Below, piece by piece: positions 1-17,484 of a DNA stretch of 64,000 nucleotides. Origin of the DNA: Candidatus Aminicenantes bacterium (GTDB lineage Bacteria > Acidobacteriota > Aminicenantia > Aminicenantales > UBA4085); contig CAVSPT010000002.1 of the NCBI GenBank assembly GCA_963729855.1, forward strand, positions 10,012 to 74,011, read 5' to 3'. The number at the start of each line of letters is the position of its first letter. Positions within the stretch are counted from its first letter, which is position 1. Position numbers and translations under genes: made by a program. Under the pieces are notes generated by a model. It searched no databases and had not been told where the DNA came from. It saw only the letters and a program-made list of their open reading frames with translations.

Positions 1-37
1 CCGGAGAAATAAGGCGCGATCCGCTCCCAGGGGCCGA

Positions 38-1867
<1,830 letters not shown>

Positions 1868-1882
1868 GGCTCCCCCCTTCCC

Positions 1883-3301
1883 TCAGCGATGGTTCTTTGC
1901 CGGCGTTTTCTTTTCCCGCCCGATCCGTTCCCGCCTTATCTTGGCCCAATCCGGCTTTTCGTATTGGCGGCCGCGGGCCACGGCCAGAGCGTCGGGCGAA
2001 ACGTCCTTGGTGATGACCGATCCGGCGGCCACATAGGCGCCGCGGCCGACGGAAACGGGGGCGACGAGCTCGGAGCCCGATCCGATGAAGGCGCCCGGGC
2101 CGATCCGCGTCTTGTTCTTGCGGATCCCGTCGTAATTGCAGGTGATCGTTCCCGCGCCGATGTTGACCCTGCCGCCCACCTCGCTGTCGCCGAGATACGA
2201 CAGGTGCCCGGCCTTGGCTCCCGGCCCGAAATCGGTGGCCTTCATCTCCACGAAATTGCCCACGTGCGACCCGCTCCGCAGAACGGTCCGGGCGCGGAGC
2301 CGGGCGAACGGACCGACCGTGACCCGGCTCTCCACGACGGCGTCTTCCATCACCGTATGGGCCAAGATGACGGCCTGTTCGCCGATCGTACAGCGGATGA
2401 TATGGCAGCCGGGCCCGATTTTCGTCCGGCGACCGATCGTCGTGGCCCCCTCGATGACGACGAACGGGGCGACGACCGCGTCCGGAGCGATGCGGGCCTG
2501 TTCGTCGATCCAGGCGGTGGCCGGATCCACGAGGGTGACTCCGGACTCCATCAGGGCGGCGTTGATCCGGTCGCGCAGCCGGGCTCCCGCCCGGGCCAGG
2601 TCGCCGCGCGTGTCCACCCGGAAAATATCGGCCGGGGCGGGCGTCATGAACGCCTCGACGCGGCCGCCCGCTTGGAAGACGGGGACGAAGGCCGCGGCCA
2701 CATCCAGGCGGCAGGCCGCTCTCCGATGCCGCGCGGCGGCCAGGGCCGACAAGACATCGCCCAGGCGCACGGCATAGACGGAGGCGTCAACTTCGGGGAT
2801 CGTCAAGTCGGCCGGGCCGGCTTCGGCGTCCGCGATGATGCGGATCGAACCGTCCCGGCCGCGGCCGACCCGGCCGCAGCCGCGCGGATCGGAAACGACG
2901 GCGCTCATCAGGGTCAGATCGGCCCGGCGGCGGCGATGATAGGTCAGCAGCTCGCGCAGCGTGTCCGGCCGGAGGAGAGGCCGGTCGGCCGGCAGGACGA
3001 GCAGATCGCCGGCCTCTTCCCCGGACAGGGCGGCGCGGACGGCGGCGAAACCGGACGCGTTCTTCCGGAGAGGGGCCAGGGTGATGAATTCGGCCCCGGC
3101 ATCCCCCGCCGAAGCGCCCGCCAAATCCGCGTCCCCGCCGCCGGCCACGATGATCCGGTTCGGGGAAACACCGCGGGCGATCTCGACGGCCCGCAGCAAC
3201 AGGGATTTGCCCAACAGCGGATGGAGAAACTTGCTTGCCTTCGATCCGAACCGCTTTCCCCCGTCCGCGGCCGGGATGAGGACGATCAGCCGCCGGCTCA
3301 T
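1883..3301 (-). CDS. glmU: Bifunctional UDP-GlcNAc pyrophosphorylase / GlcN-1-P acetyltransferase
   Basis: 472 aa, N-terminal nucleotidyltransferase LIPAAGxGxRF-like motif, C-terminal left-handed beta-helix hexapeptide repeats; immediately upstream of glmS. Confidence 0.9.
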   Translation of the reverse strand: MSRRLIVLIPAADGGKRFGSKASKFLHPLLGKSLLLRAVEIARGVSPNRIIVAGGGDADLAGASAGDAGAEFITLAPLRKNASGFAAVRAALSGEEAGDLLVLPADRPLLRPDTLRELLTYHRRRRADLTLMSAVVSDPRGCGRVGRGRDGSIRIIADAEAGPADLTIPEVDASVYAVRLGDVLSALAAARHRRAACRLDVAAAFVPVFQAGGRVEAFMTPAPADIFRVDTRGDLARAGARLRDRINAALMESGVTLVDPATAWIDEQARIAPDAVVAPFVVIEGATTIGRRTKIGPGCHIIRCTIGEQAVILAHTVMEDAVVESRVTVGPFARLRARTVLRSGSHVGNFVEMKATDFGPGAKAGHLSYLGDSEVGGRVNIGAGTITCNYDGIRKNKTRIGPGAFIGSGSELVAPVSVGRGAYVAAGSVITKDVSPDALAVARGRQYEKPDWAKIRRERIGREKKTPAKNHR

Positions 3302-3810
3302 GCCGACCGGGTCAGGAGTTTGAACTTCTTGTCCTCCCAGAGAGACTGGAAATCGGCCTCGTTTTGGGCCGGGATCTTATAAAACTTATCGATTTGAATG
3401 GCTCTTTTAAGGGCCTCGAAGGCCTCGTCGGGCTTGTCGGTCCGGGCCAGGGCGGCGGCCGTCAGATAATGGGCAATAGCTTCGTCGGGTTTGAGTTTGA
3501 GGGCCTTGTCCAGCAGCTTCAAGGCCTCGTCATAGCGGCCGAGATTCATCTGATAAACGCCGAAATGGCAGAAGTCCTCGTAGCTTTTAGGAACCGGGAC
3601 CTCGCGCGACTCCTTGAGCCGGACATCGCAAACCGCCAGGTACATCTTTGCGCGGTCGGCGAATTCCCGCTCGGCGGAGTGTTTTTCGATGACCCCGCGG
3701 AGGAGCTCGGCGGCCTTCTCGAAGCGCCCCTTGTGGAATTCCTTCATGGCGTCGGTGTAGGCCGAGAGCGCCTTCTGGTATTCGTCTTTTTTCGTCCGTT
3801 CGTCTTTCAA
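3298..3810 (-). CDS. TPR-repeat protein
   Basis: 170 aa, repeated A/Y/L patterns of tetratricopeptide repeats; 4-bp overlap with glmU. Confidence 0.6.
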   Translation of the reverse strand: MKDERTKKDEYQKALSAYTDAMKEFHKGRFEKAAELLRGVIEKHSAEREFADRAKMYLAVCDVRLKESREVPVPKSYEDFCHFGVYQMNLGRYDEALKLLDKALKLKPDEAIAHYLTAAALARTDKPDEAFEALKRAIQIDKFYKIPAQNEADFQSLWEDKKFKLLTRSA

Positions 3811-3917
3811 GGTTTTTCTCCCAAGATCAGGATGGCCGTTATTTTACTCCAAGTGGGGGTTGAGGCTCAACTTGCCGAATGTATTTGAAGATTTTATTGA
3901 ACGTTCAGACTGGCCGC

Positions 3918-4763
3918 TTATTCCTCGGTCCAATTTTCCGGATGGGCAAGTAAAAAGCGGACGGCCTCGAGATGGAGCCGATGGCCGGCCTTATAAGCGG
4001 TGGCCTTGGCCGCAAGAGGGCGCCCCAAAAGCGCCAGGTCTCCGGTAAGATCGAGCAGCTTGTGGCGGACGAATTCGTCCGGGAAACGAAGGGGCGGATT
4101 GACGACGGCGCTTTCGTCGAGCACGACGGTATTGTCGTAAGAGGCGCCTAACGCCAGCCCCTGTTGATGGTAGAACTCGACGTCCTTGAGAAAGCCGAAC
4201 GTGCGGGCGGGGGCGATTCCTTCGACGAATAATGCGGGCGTCAGGAACACGCTTCGACGCTGCGTCCCGATGCCGGGATGGCCGTAGACGATGGTGTATT
4301 CGAGGGTCAGCCCCGCCCCGTCCGGCGCCGGATCCAGGCGTATCCAAGCGTCGTTTTCCTCCCGCTGCATGGTCTTCCTCACTTTGAGCACAGGGCGGCG
4401 GGCCGGAAGATCGGCAAAGCCGGCCTTTTCCAGGGCCCGGACGAAAGGAAGAGCGCTGCCGTCCATGATGGGGACTTCATCGGCGTCGAGAGAGACGAGG
4501 AGGCTGTCGACGCCGAAGGCATACAGGGCCGCCAACAGGTGCTCGACCGTCTGGACCTTGAAACGGTCTCCGACCAGGGTCGTCGAATTGCGCGATTCGA
4601 CGCGGTCCGGGCGGAGGCCCAGCTCCAGGCCGCCCAGGTCGACGCGGCGGAAAACGATCTCCCCGGACGGGGACGGGAGAAGCCCCAGCCGGACGGGGCG
4701 TCCGGAATGGACGCCGCGGCCTTCGAGCTCCACGGGCCGGGCAAGGGTTTTCTGGGGTCGCAT
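3918..4763 (-). CDS. lpxC: UDP-3-O-acyl-N-acetylglucosamine deacetylase
   Basis: 281 aa, LpxC-like N-terminus (..TL..V.L.GRGVHSG..V.L.L.P.P...GIVF) and conserved HK..D motifs. Confidence 0.9.
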   Translation of the reverse strand: MRPQKTLARPVELEGRGVHSGRPVRLGLLPSPSGEIVFRRVDLGGLELGLRPDRVESRNSTTLVGDRFKVQTVEHLLAALYAFGVDSLLVSLDADEVPIMDGSALPFVRALEKAGFADLPARRPVLKVRKTMQREENDAWIRLDPAPDGAGLTLEYTIVYGHPGIGTQRRSVFLTPALFVEGIAPARTFGFLKDVEFYHQQGLALGASYDNTVVLDESAVVNPPLRFPDEFVRHKLLDLTGDLALLGRPLAAKATAYKAGHRLHLEAVRFLLAHPENWTEE

Positions 4764-4841
4764 GGCCCAACCATCTTACCATGTTCCGGCGCATCCGCCG
4801 AGCCGGTTGGTCGCCCGGGCGATTTCTGTTAAAATTCGAAC

Positions 4842-5585
<744 letters not shown>

Positions 5586-5643
5586 AAGGTCGGCGAGCTC
5601 AGGGGGCGGTGGGCAAAACACGAGGAATTTCCCAGCGAGGTAT

Positions 5644-5880
5644 TCCGCTCTCCTCCTCGTTCGCGCCTAGGAATGAGGCGGTTCGGGCATCACGGGTCAA
5701 AACCCGTGCGACGACTGAGCGGGCACAGTTCCTACTCATCAGAAATAAATTCCACAGCTGAGTAGGAGAGCGAAGGAGGAGCGTCGGAGCGGATTTTCCT
5801 CGCGGGGGAAAATCAGCGTGTTTTGACCCGTGATGCCCGAATCGCCGGACAATCCGGTAGGCGCGAACGGTCCAGCGGAG
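5644..5880. repeat. Long imperfect palindromic (MITE/REP-like) intergenic element
   Basis: Left arm 5659-5708 is reverse-complementary to right arm 5813-5867 (e.g. cacgggtcaaaacccgtg / cgtgttttgacccgtgatgcc; gttcgcgcc / ggcgcgaac); central hairpin cctactca..tgagtagg 5731-5766; partial related copy at ~12440-12525. Confidence 0.45.
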
Positions 5881-5931
5881 CAAAGCCGGCCGCCAACCGG
5901 CTAATGAGAAGTCAATTTGCGATACCTCTCC

Positions 5932-5960
5932 TTGACAATTGACGCTCCGGAACCTATATT
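5932..5960 (+). promoter_or_regulatory. Putative sigma70 promoter of dnaG-rpoD (TTGACA-17-TATATT)
   Basis: TTGACA 5932-5937, 17-nt spacer, TATATT 5955-5960, 28 nt upstream of dnaG ATG. Confidence 0.5.
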
Positions 5961-5988
5961 GTCTCAAACTTTGCCAGCCTAACCCTCA

Positions 5989-7734
5989 ATGGAAATCGTC
6001 GAACAGATCCGCCAAGCGGCGAATATCATCGAAATCGCTTCCCAGTATACCGCCTTGCGCGCGCGCGGCCGCAAACACGTCGGGCTCTGCCCGTTCCATT
6101 CGGAAAAAACGCCGTCCTTCACGGTCGACGCCGACAAGCAGCTCTATCACTGCTTCGGTTGCGGCGTCGGCGGCGACGTCTTCTCGCTGGTCATGGAAAA
6201 GGAGAACCTCAGCTTCCCCGAGGCGTTGAAATTCCTGGCCGAGCGTTACCGCATTCCCCTGCCCGAACAGCGCCGGCTCTCTCCCCAGGTCCTGAAGCTC
6301 GAAGAGCAGGTCCTCAAGCTCAACGAGCGGGCCCTGGCCTTTTTCCGGAAGAACTTCCACTCCACGGCGGAGGGCAAAAAGGCCCAGGAATACCTGAAAA
6401 AGCGGGCCCTCCAGGAAGAGACCATCCGCGAATTCAAGATCGGTTACGCCTTGAATTCCTGGGATTCTCTGTCCTCGTTCTTCCGGTCCCAAGGCGTCTC
6501 GGCCGAGCTTCTGGAGAAGGCCGGACTGGCCCTTCCGGGCAAGAAAAAGGGCGATGTCTACGACCGGTTCCGGGGACGGGTCATCTTTCCCATCTGCGCG
6601 CTGACCGGCAAGATCGTCGGATTCGGCGGCCGGACGCTTTTCAACGTCGAGCCGAAGTATCTGAACTCGCCCGACACGCCGATTTATACGAAAGGGCACC
6701 TGCTCTACGGCCTCGATGCCAGCAAGGACGCCATCCGCCAGGCGGGCGAAGTCATCCTCGTCGAAGGATACACCGATTATCTGGCCCTTTTCCAGGGCGG
6801 GATCAAGAACGTCGTCGCCTCCCTGGGCACGGCGCTGACCGCCGGCCAGGTCGGACTGGCGGCCCGGTTCGCGCCCCGAATCGTCATCAATTACGACGGC
6901 GACGCGGCGGGACGGACGGCCGCCTACCGGGCCCTTCCCCTGTGCTTCGAAAAGGGACTGGAAACCCGGGTCCTCGTCCTTCCGGAGGACCTCGATCCCG
7001 ACGGCTACATCAGGAAATATGGAATCGCCGCCTACCGAAAGATCGAGGAAAAGGCGGGCACGGGCATCCGCTTCCTCCTCGACCAGGCGACCCGGGGCCA
7101 GCGCCTGGCCGTCCCGGAGGTCAAAGCCCGCATCCTCCAGGGCCTCATGCCCATCCTGGAGAACATTCCGAACGCCGTCATCCGAAGCGAATATCTTCGC
7201 GACGCGGCGGAGACCCTGGGAGTCGACGAGAACGTCCTGCGCCGGATGTCCCAGCCCCGCCCCTCGGAGCCGGCCGGCGATCCGGGCGGAGAATTCACGC
7301 CGGCCGAGCGCCGGCTTCTCCAGATCCTGTTCGAGAATCCGGACCTCCGGCCGGCCATCTTGGCCGAATTGGGCGAGGCCGACGTCCGGGGCTTGAACAG
7401 CGAGCCCATTTTTAAGATAATATCAGATCTGTTCCGGAAGGAAAAGGACCTCATTTTCCAAGACTTGCAGAAAGAGATCGGACCCGTTCTTTCCCGCCGC
7501 CTATCGCAGGCCCTTTTGGCCAAAGGCAGCCCGGCCACCCTCGAGGAGGCCCGGGATTGCGTCTGCGCCCTGAAAACGAAGGCCAAGGAGAACGATCTGA
7601 AGGACCTTCAAGCGCGGATCGCCCGCCAGGAAAAGGAGGACGGGAACGGAACGCTGGCCGTCCTGTTGAAGGAAAAGCAGGAGCTGCTGCGGCAGGTCCT
7701 GTCCCTCCGGAACCCGGGAGCAACCAAACCATGA
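5989..7734 (+). CDS. dnaG: DNA primase
   Basis: 581 aa; zinc-ribbon CPFHSEKTPSF...CFGCG, TOPRIM EGYTDYL, classic DnaG order. Confidence 0.95.
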   Translation: MEIVEQIRQAANIIEIASQYTALRARGRKHVGLCPFHSEKTPSFTVDADKQLYHCFGCGVGGDVFSLVMEKENLSFPEALKFLAERYRIPLPEQRRLSPQVLKLEEQVLKLNERALAFFRKNFHSTAEGKKAQEYLKKRALQEETIREFKIGYALNSWDSLSSFFRSQGVSAELLEKAGLALPGKKKGDVYDRFRGRVIFPICALTGKIVGFGGRTLFNVEPKYLNSPDTPIYTKGHLLYGLDASKDAIRQAGEVILVEGYTDYLALFQGGIKNVVASLGTALTAGQVGLAARFAPRIVINYDGDAAGRTAAYRALPLCFEKGLETRVLVLPEDLDPDGYIRKYGIAAYRKIEEKAGTGIRFLLDQATRGQRLAVPEVKARILQGLMPILENIPNAVIRSEYLRDAAETLGVDENVLRRMSQPRPSEPAGDPGGEFTPAERRLLQILFENPDLRPAILAELGEADVRGLNSEPIFKIISDLFRKEKDLIFQDLQKEIGPVLSRRLSQALLAKGSPATLEEARDCVCALKTKAKENDLKDLQARIARQEKEDGNGTLAVLLKEKQELLRQVLSLRNPGATKP

Positions 7735-7752
7735 GAAGCGACGTATTCCCCC

Positions 7753-9408
<1,656 letters not shown>

Positions 9409-9485
9409 TTCCCCCGGATTTCCCCCCGCCGGCCGGCGCGAAACGGTTGTGCGCCGGAACGTTCTATGATATAAAGGGCCGATCC

Positions 9486-9557
9486 GGGCCTATAGCTCAG
9501 CGGTAGAGCTCCCGGCTCATAACCGGTCGGTCCCAGGTTCGAATCCTGGTAGGCCCA
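9486..9557 (+). tRNA. tRNA with CAU anticodon (elongator Met or Ile2/lysidine type)
   Basis: 72 nt cloverleaf: acceptor GGGCCTA/TAGGCCC, D-arm AGCTCAGCGGTAGAGC, anticodon loop CTCATAA, T-arm GGTTCGAATCC; G1-C72 paired so not initiator. Confidence 0.85.
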
Positions 9558-9577
9558 TCTGACCAGAGGGACACGTT

Positions 9578-10357
9578 GTGGATATCGCCTTCGAGAAACT
9601 GACCCGGCTTCAATATGTCGATTCCGAAATAGCCCGTCTCCAATCGCTCGTCGACGCCGTTCCGGCCCGTTTCGAAGCCATCGACCAACAGATCCAGTCC
9701 ACCACCGCGGCCGTCGTCCAGGCCAAGGAAAACCTGGCCGCCAACCAGAAGAAGCGCCGCGATCTGGAGGGCGAGGTCAAGGTCATCCGGGAAGGAATCG
9801 CCAAATACAAGCGCCAGCTGAACGACGTCAAGTCCAACAAGGAATACGACGCCATCAACAAGGAGATCTCCGAAACCCAGTCCCGCATCGACGGCATCGA
9901 GGAAGCCATCCTCAACGCGATGATCGCCGCCGACGACATCGAGAAGGAAATCAAAGCGGCCCAGAAGCGCCAGCTCGACGAAGAAGGGCACCTGAAAAAG
10001 GACAAAGAGGCGGTGGCCGCCGAAAAGGCGGACCTGGAGAAGCAGAAGGCCGCCGTCGAGGCCGAGCGGACTGCGCTCCTGCCGACGATCCCGGCCGACC
10101 AGCTCAGGCTCTACGAGCGCATCCACAGGAAGATGGGCGGGACGGCCATGTCCCGGATCAGCGATGATTTCTGCTCGATCTGCATGATGCGCGTCCGGCC
10201 GCAGCTGTTGGACGAGATCATCGCCGGGAAATCGATCATCACCTGCGAGGCCTGCGGCCGCATCCTCTATTGGGAGCCGCCCAAGGACGAGGATGGGCCG
10301 GTCCCGTCCCCTGTCGACGATCCGAACCGCAAAGACGATACGAACCCCGCGGACTGA
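9578..10357 (+). CDS. C4-type zinc-ribbon coiled-coil protein (COG1579/DUF164-like)
   Basis: 259 aa; long coiled-coil N-terminus, C-terminal CSIC...CEACGRILY zinc ribbon; likely GTG start. Confidence 0.75.
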   Translation: MDIAFEKLTRLQYVDSEIARLQSLVDAVPARFEAIDQQIQSTTAAVVQAKENLAANQKKRRDLEGEVKVIREGIAKYKRQLNDVKSNKEYDAINKEISETQSRIDGIEEAILNAMIAADDIEKEIKAAQKRQLDEEGHLKKDKEAVAAEKADLEKQKAAVEAERTALLPTIPADQLRLYERIHRKMGGTAMSRISDDFCSICMMRVRPQLLDEIIAGKSIITCEACGRILYWEPPKDEDGPVPSPVDDPNRKDDTNPAD

Positions 10358-10493
10358 AGCTCCGCCCAACCAAGCCGGACCATCGTTTTCCGCCCGGGGA
10401 GCTTCGGTCCCTGGAGCGGGGATTAATTCGTCGCAAATCGGGGCCCGGCATCCCCACGGAGGAGGCTGAAGCTCCGCCCAACCAAGCCGGACC
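10354..10493. repeat. Pair of perfect 28-bp direct repeats flanking an 84-bp hairpin-rich spacer
   Basis: ctgaagctccgcccaaccaagccggacc at 10354-10381 and 10466-10493; first copy overlaps the stop codon of the zinc-ribbon gene. Confidence 0.6.
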
Positions 10494-10505
10494 GCCGGGG
10501 CTCCC

Positions 10506-12287
10506 CTATTCCCTGTAGAGATCGTCGATAACCGCCTTGTACTTGGTTTCGACGATGGCCCGACGGACCTTCAGGGACGGCGTCATCTCGCCTTCAGCGA
10601 TCTCGAAATCGCGCTCCAAGAGAACGATCTTCTTGATCCGTTCGTAGGGGGCCAGATGCGGCGTGGCCCGGTCGATCTCGGACTTGACGAAGTTGACGAC
10701 CGGCTCGCGGCGGATCAGCTCGGCCCGATCGGCGAAGGGGATCTTGCAGAAACGGGCATATTCCTCGAGCTTCTCGAAGTTGGGCACGATGAGCGCGCTG
10801 ATGAAGCGGCGGCGGTCGCCGGTGACCACGGCGTTGGCGATGTAGGGACTGGTCTTGAGGATGTTCTCGATGGGCTGGGGTGCGACGTTCTTTCCGCCGG
10901 CGGTGACGATCAGATCCTTCTTGCGGTCGGTGATGGTCAGCAGGCCGTCGGCGTCCAGGACGCCGATGTCCCCGGTCTTGAACCAGCCGTCGACGAACAC
11001 TTCGGCGGTCTCGGCCGGCTTTTTGTAATAGCCCTTCATGACGTTGGGCCCGCGGACGAGGATCTCGCCGTCGGCGGCGATCCGGACCTCGACGCCGGGC
11101 ATGACCGGACCGACGCTGCCGAATTTGATCTTCTCGAAGGTATTGACGGCCACGCAAGGGGAGGTCTCGGTCAGCCCATAGCCTTCGAGGATGACCAGGC
11201 CGACGGCATAGAAGAATTCGGCAATGTCCCGGGACAGAGGGGCGCCGCCCGAAACGAAAAAGCGGACCTTGCCGCCGGTCTTTTCGATGATTTTGGAGAA
11301 GACCAGCTTGTGGGCCAGCCCGTGGCGGAAAGAGAGCCAACCGCCGGGCGTCCGGCCGGCCAGCTTCTTGGCCCCGTAGGCCTTGCCCACCTTGAGTCCC
11401 CAAAAGAAGACCTTTCTTCGCAGCGTGGAGCTGGCCAGGACGGTGTCCATGACCTTGGCGTAGATCTTCTCGAAGACGCGGGGCGCGCTGACCATGATCT
11501 GGGGCCGGACCTCGAGGAGGTTTTCGCCGACGGTCTCGATGCTTTCGGCGTAGGCGATGGAGCAGCCCTTGTAGATGTAGGTGAAGGTGACCATGCGTTC
11601 GAGGACGTGGGAGAGCGGCAGAAAGGACAGGACGGTGTCCTTGACCGAGAATTCGATGATGGAGGAAACGCTGATGATATTGCTGACGAAGTTGCCGTGG
11701 GTCAGGACGACGCCCTTGGGCAAGCCCGTGGTGCCCGAGGTGTAGATGATCGAGGCCTCATCCGCGGGCTGGACGGCCCGGGCCAGGCATTCGAAGAGAT
11801 CCGGTTGGGCGGCGTCCACGGTCCGGCCCTCGGCCAGGACTTCGTCCAAGGTCAGGACACCCTCGGCCGGGGGCTTGGCCTCCAGAATGACGAAATGCTC
11901 GACTTGGGGCAGCTCGGACCGGATGGCCTCGAGCTTCCGCCATTGATGGAGGCTGGAGACGACGACGATCCGGGCGTCGGAATCGTTGATCAAGTATTTG
12001 ATCTGCTCGGAGACGAGCGTCGTGTAAACCGGGACGGTGATGCCTCCCAGACAGAGGTTGGCGAAATCGGTCATGACCCATTCGGGCCGGTTTTCGGACA
12101 GGATGATGAGCTTGTCGCCCCGGCCCTGCCCGAGCGCCTGAAGGCCGAGGGCGTAATGACGGACGGATTTCCCGAACTCGGCGCTGGAAATGGGGGCGTA
12201 GCGGCCCCCTTTCTTGACCAGCATGAATTGAGGCTTGGGGTAGATGCTGAGGCTGTTGAGCAACAGGCCGGGAAGCGTCGTCACCAT
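10506..12287 (-). CDS. fadD: Long-chain fatty acid--CoA ligase (AMP-dependent synthetase)
   Basis: 593 aa; AMP-binding motif TSGTTGLPKGV, long-chain acyl-CoA synthetase architecture. Confidence 0.85.
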   Translation of the reverse strand: MVTTLPGLLLNSLSIYPKPQFMLVKKGGRYAPISSAEFGKSVRHYALGLQALGQGRGDKLIILSENRPEWVMTDFANLCLGGITVPVYTTLVSEQIKYLINDSDARIVVVSSLHQWRKLEAIRSELPQVEHFVILEAKPPAEGVLTLDEVLAEGRTVDAAQPDLFECLARAVQPADEASIIYTSGTTGLPKGVVLTHGNFVSNIISVSSIIEFSVKDTVLSFLPLSHVLERMVTFTYIYKGCSIAYAESIETVGENLLEVRPQIMVSAPRVFEKIYAKVMDTVLASSTLRRKVFFWGLKVGKAYGAKKLAGRTPGGWLSFRHGLAHKLVFSKIIEKTGGKVRFFVSGGAPLSRDIAEFFYAVGLVILEGYGLTETSPCVAVNTFEKIKFGSVGPVMPGVEVRIAADGEILVRGPNVMKGYYKKPAETAEVFVDGWFKTGDIGVLDADGLLTITDRKKDLIVTAGGKNVAPQPIENILKTSPYIANAVVTGDRRRFISALIVPNFEKLEEYARFCKIPFADRAELIRREPVVNFVKSEIDRATPHLAPYERIKKIVLLERDFEIAEGEMTPSLKVRRAIVETKYKAVIDDLYRE

Positions 12288-12439
12288 TCGCGTCTCCTAG
12301 GACGAAGCTGTAAAATTGGCCAAATTTTATGGGTTCAGGAAGCGCCTGTCAATGAATAACCGCCATCACGTTATAACGTGGTTTGGAAGAAACGGAGGCC
12401 AAGCTCAACGCATAGCGAAAAAACACTGCCGTTCTACGT

Positions 12440-12525
12440 TCGGAAGAGCGGGATCGGAGCGCCGGAGCGCGTTTTCCAGGCTGGGGAAAACGAGCGTGTT
12501 TCGCCCCGAATCTTCGAGCCCTCTA
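12440..12525. repeat. Partial copy of the 5644-5880 palindromic element
   Basis: ggggaaaacgagcgtgtttcgccccgaatcttcgagcc resembles gggggaaaatcagcgtgttttgacccgtgatgcccgaatcgcc at 5805-5847; 3' end abuts/overlaps gyrA stop. Confidence 0.35.
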
Positions 12526-15087
12526 CTCGCTCTCCTCCGCTTTGGCCACCATCACGACATGATCCTTCTCCTCCAGATTGATCAGCCGCACGCCCTGCGT
12601 CGCCCGGCCCGAAGCGCGGACCTGGGAGGTCTTGATGCGGATGACTTTTCCAGAAACGGTCACGACGAGGAGGTCGTCCTCCCCCACCCCGAGGATGCCC
12701 AGGGCGTTCCCGATCCGGGGCGTGACCTTTAGGTTCAGGATGCCCTTGCCGCCGCGGCGGGTCTTTCGATAAAGAGCGATTTCGGTCTTCTTGCCGGAGC
12801 CTTTCTCGCTCGCGGTGAAAATGTATTTGTCGGAATCGCCGATGGCCACCATGCCGATGACCTGGTCCTTCTTGCCCAGGGTCATGCCCCGGACTCCGGC
12901 GGCCGTGCGGCCCATGGACCGGACGTCCTTCTCGCTGAAGCGAATGGCCTTGCCCAGCTTGGTGGCGATGACGATGTCGCGCTTGCCGTCGGTCAGCCGG
13001 GTCCACATCAATTGGGCCTTGGGCTTGAGGCCGATGGCGATGATGCCGCCCTTGCGGATGTTCTGGAACTCGCTCAGGGCGGTCTTCTTGATCTGGCCAT
13101 CCGTGGTCATCATGACGATGAAGCGGTCCTCGCTGAAGTCCTTGACCGCCACGACCGAGGTGACCCGCTCGTCGGGCTGGAACTCGATGAGGTTGGCGAT
13201 GGCCTTGCCCCGGCCGGCGATGCCGACGTCGGGGATCTCCAGGGCCTTCAGCCAGTAGACCCGGCCGATGTTGGTGAAGAACATGAGGTAGGAGTGGGTC
13301 GAGCAGACAGACAGGTTCTCGACCACGTCCTCGGCCTTCATGCTGATGCCCTTGCGGCCCTTGCCGCCGCGGATCTGGAAGTGGTAGGACGACAGCGAGG
13401 TCCGCTTGACGTAGCCCGACTGGGTGAAGAGCACGACGACGTCCTCTTCCTTGATGAGGTCCTCGGGGCGGATGTCGCCGACGACCTCGTCGCGCAGCTC
13501 CGTGCGGCGGGGGTCGCCGAACGAGGCTTTGACCTCGCGCAGCTCCTGGCCGATGATGTCCATGACCATCTTGTCGCTGGACAGGATCTTGCGCAGCTTG
13601 GCGATGAGGGCCTTCACGTCCTGGTACTCCTGGACGATCTTCTCCCGCTCCAGGTTGGTCAGCCGCTGCAGCTGCATCTCCAGGATGGCCTGGGCCTGGA
13701 GATGGGACAGCTTGAACTTCTCCATCAGCCCGGCCCGGGCCTCATCGGTGTTCTTGGAGGCCCGGATGAGCTTGATGATGGCGTCCAGGTGGTCGAGGGC
13801 GATGGTCAGGCCCTCCAGGATGTGGGCCCGGGCCTCGGCCTTCTTGAGGTCGTGCCGGGTCCGCCGCCGGATGACGTCCTGGCGGTGGGCGATGAAGTAC
13901 TTGATGATGTCGATCAAGCCGAGGACCTTGGGCTGCTTGTCCACGATGGCCAGCATGATGATGCCGAAGGAGGTCTGCAGCTGGGTGTGCTTGAAGAGGT
14001 TGTTCAAGACGACCTCGGGCAGCTCGCCCCGCTTGATTTCGATCACGATCCGGATGCCCTCCCGGTCGGACTCGTCGCGGATGTCGGCGATGCCCTCGAT
14101 CTTCTTCTGGTTGACCAGCTCGGCGATGTTCTCCAGCAGACGCGATTTGTTAACGGCGTAGGGGATCTCGGTGATGACGATCCGCTCCCGTTCGCCCTTG
14201 TCGCCCCGCTCGATCATCGACTTGGCCCGGATCTGGATGCTCCCGCGGCCGTCGCGGTAGGCGTCCCGGATGCCCTGCTGGTTGAAAATGTAGCCGCCCG
14301 TCGGGAAATCCGGGCCGGGTACGAACTCCATGATCTTGTCCAGCGAGGCGTTGGGGTGCTCAATCAGGTACGACACCGCGTCGCAGACCTCGGCCAGGTT
14401 GTGGGGCGGGATGTTGGTGGCCATGCCTACGGCGATGCCCGAGCTGCCGTTGACCAGCAGGTTGGGGTACCGGGCCGGCAGGACCTCCGGCATGGTCAGG
14501 CTCTCGTCGTAGTTCGGGATGAAATTGACCGTGTCCTTCTCGATGTCGGCCAGCATCTCCGAGGCCAGTTTGCTCATGCGCACTTCGGTGTAGCGCATGG
14601 CCGCCGGGGGGTCGCCGTCGATACTCCCGAAGTTGCCCTGGCCGTCGACCAGAACGGCCCGCATGCTGAACTCCTGGGCCATCCGGACGATCGTGTCGTA
14701 CGCCGCCTGGTCGCCGTGGGGATGGTACTTGCCGATAACGTCGCCGACGATGCGGGCCGATTTCTTGTACGGCTTGTTATAAGTCGTCCCCGTCTCGTAC
14801 ATGGAGTACAGGCAGCGCCGGTGGACAGGCTTGAGGCCGTCCTTGATGTCGGGGATGGCCCGGCCGATGATGACGGACATGGCATAGTCGAGGTAGGAGC
14901 GCTTCATCTCCTCCTCGAGGCTTACGTCGGAGAGGCTGGCCGCGGTCGGAGACAGCGGCTGCTGGGTCTTGGGGGCCTTCTCCTTGGCCGCCGGAGGGGC
15001 CTCCGGAGGAGCGGTCGGATCGGGCGCCTGGTCTTCGGGGGGGATCGGTTTGGGAGCGCGGGGTTTGGGGGTTTTCTTCTTGGCCAT
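12523..15087 (-). CDS. gyrA: DNA gyrase subunit A
   Basis: 854 aa; active-site Tyr region AAMRYTE, QRDR-like motif, C-terminal beta-pinwheel repeats. Confidence 0.97.
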   Translation of the reverse strand: MAKKKTPKPRAPKPIPPEDQAPDPTAPPEAPPAAKEKAPKTQQPLSPTAASLSDVSLEEEMKRSYLDYAMSVIIGRAIPDIKDGLKPVHRRCLYSMYETGTTYNKPYKKSARIVGDVIGKYHPHGDQAAYDTIVRMAQEFSMRAVLVDGQGNFGSIDGDPPAAMRYTEVRMSKLASEMLADIEKDTVNFIPNYDESLTMPEVLPARYPNLLVNGSSGIAVGMATNIPPHNLAEVCDAVSYLIEHPNASLDKIMEFVPGPDFPTGGYIFNQQGIRDAYRDGRGSIQIRAKSMIERGDKGERERIVITEIPYAVNKSRLLENIAELVNQKKIEGIADIRDESDREGIRIVIEIKRGELPEVVLNNLFKHTQLQTSFGIIMLAIVDKQPKVLGLIDIIKYFIAHRQDVIRRRTRHDLKKAEARAHILEGLTIALDHLDAIIKLIRASKNTDEARAGLMEKFKLSHLQAQAILEMQLQRLTNLEREKIVQEYQDVKALIAKLRKILSSDKMVMDIIGQELREVKASFGDPRRTELRDEVVGDIRPEDLIKEEDVVVLFTQSGYVKRTSLSSYHFQIRGGKGRKGISMKAEDVVENLSVCSTHSYLMFFTNIGRVYWLKALEIPDVGIAGRGKAIANLIEFQPDERVTSVVAVKDFSEDRFIVMMTTDGQIKKTALSEFQNIRKGGIIAIGLKPKAQLMWTRLTDGKRDIVIATKLGKAIRFSEKDVRSMGRTAAGVRGMTLGKKDQVIGMVAIGDSDKYIFTASEKGSGKKTEIALYRKTRRGGKGILNLKVTPRIGNALGILGVGEDDLLVVTVSGKVIRIKTSQVRASGRATQGVRLINLEEKDHVVMVAKAEESE

Positions 15088-15090
15088 GTT

Positions 15091-17484
<2,394 letters not shown>

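Noticed and set aside
9486-9557. Possibility that the tRNA(CAU) is the initiator tRNA-fMet
   Set aside because: Positions 1-72 form a normal G-C pair and the anticodon stem lacks the three consecutive G-C pairs typical of initiators. It is more likely elongator Met or Ile2.
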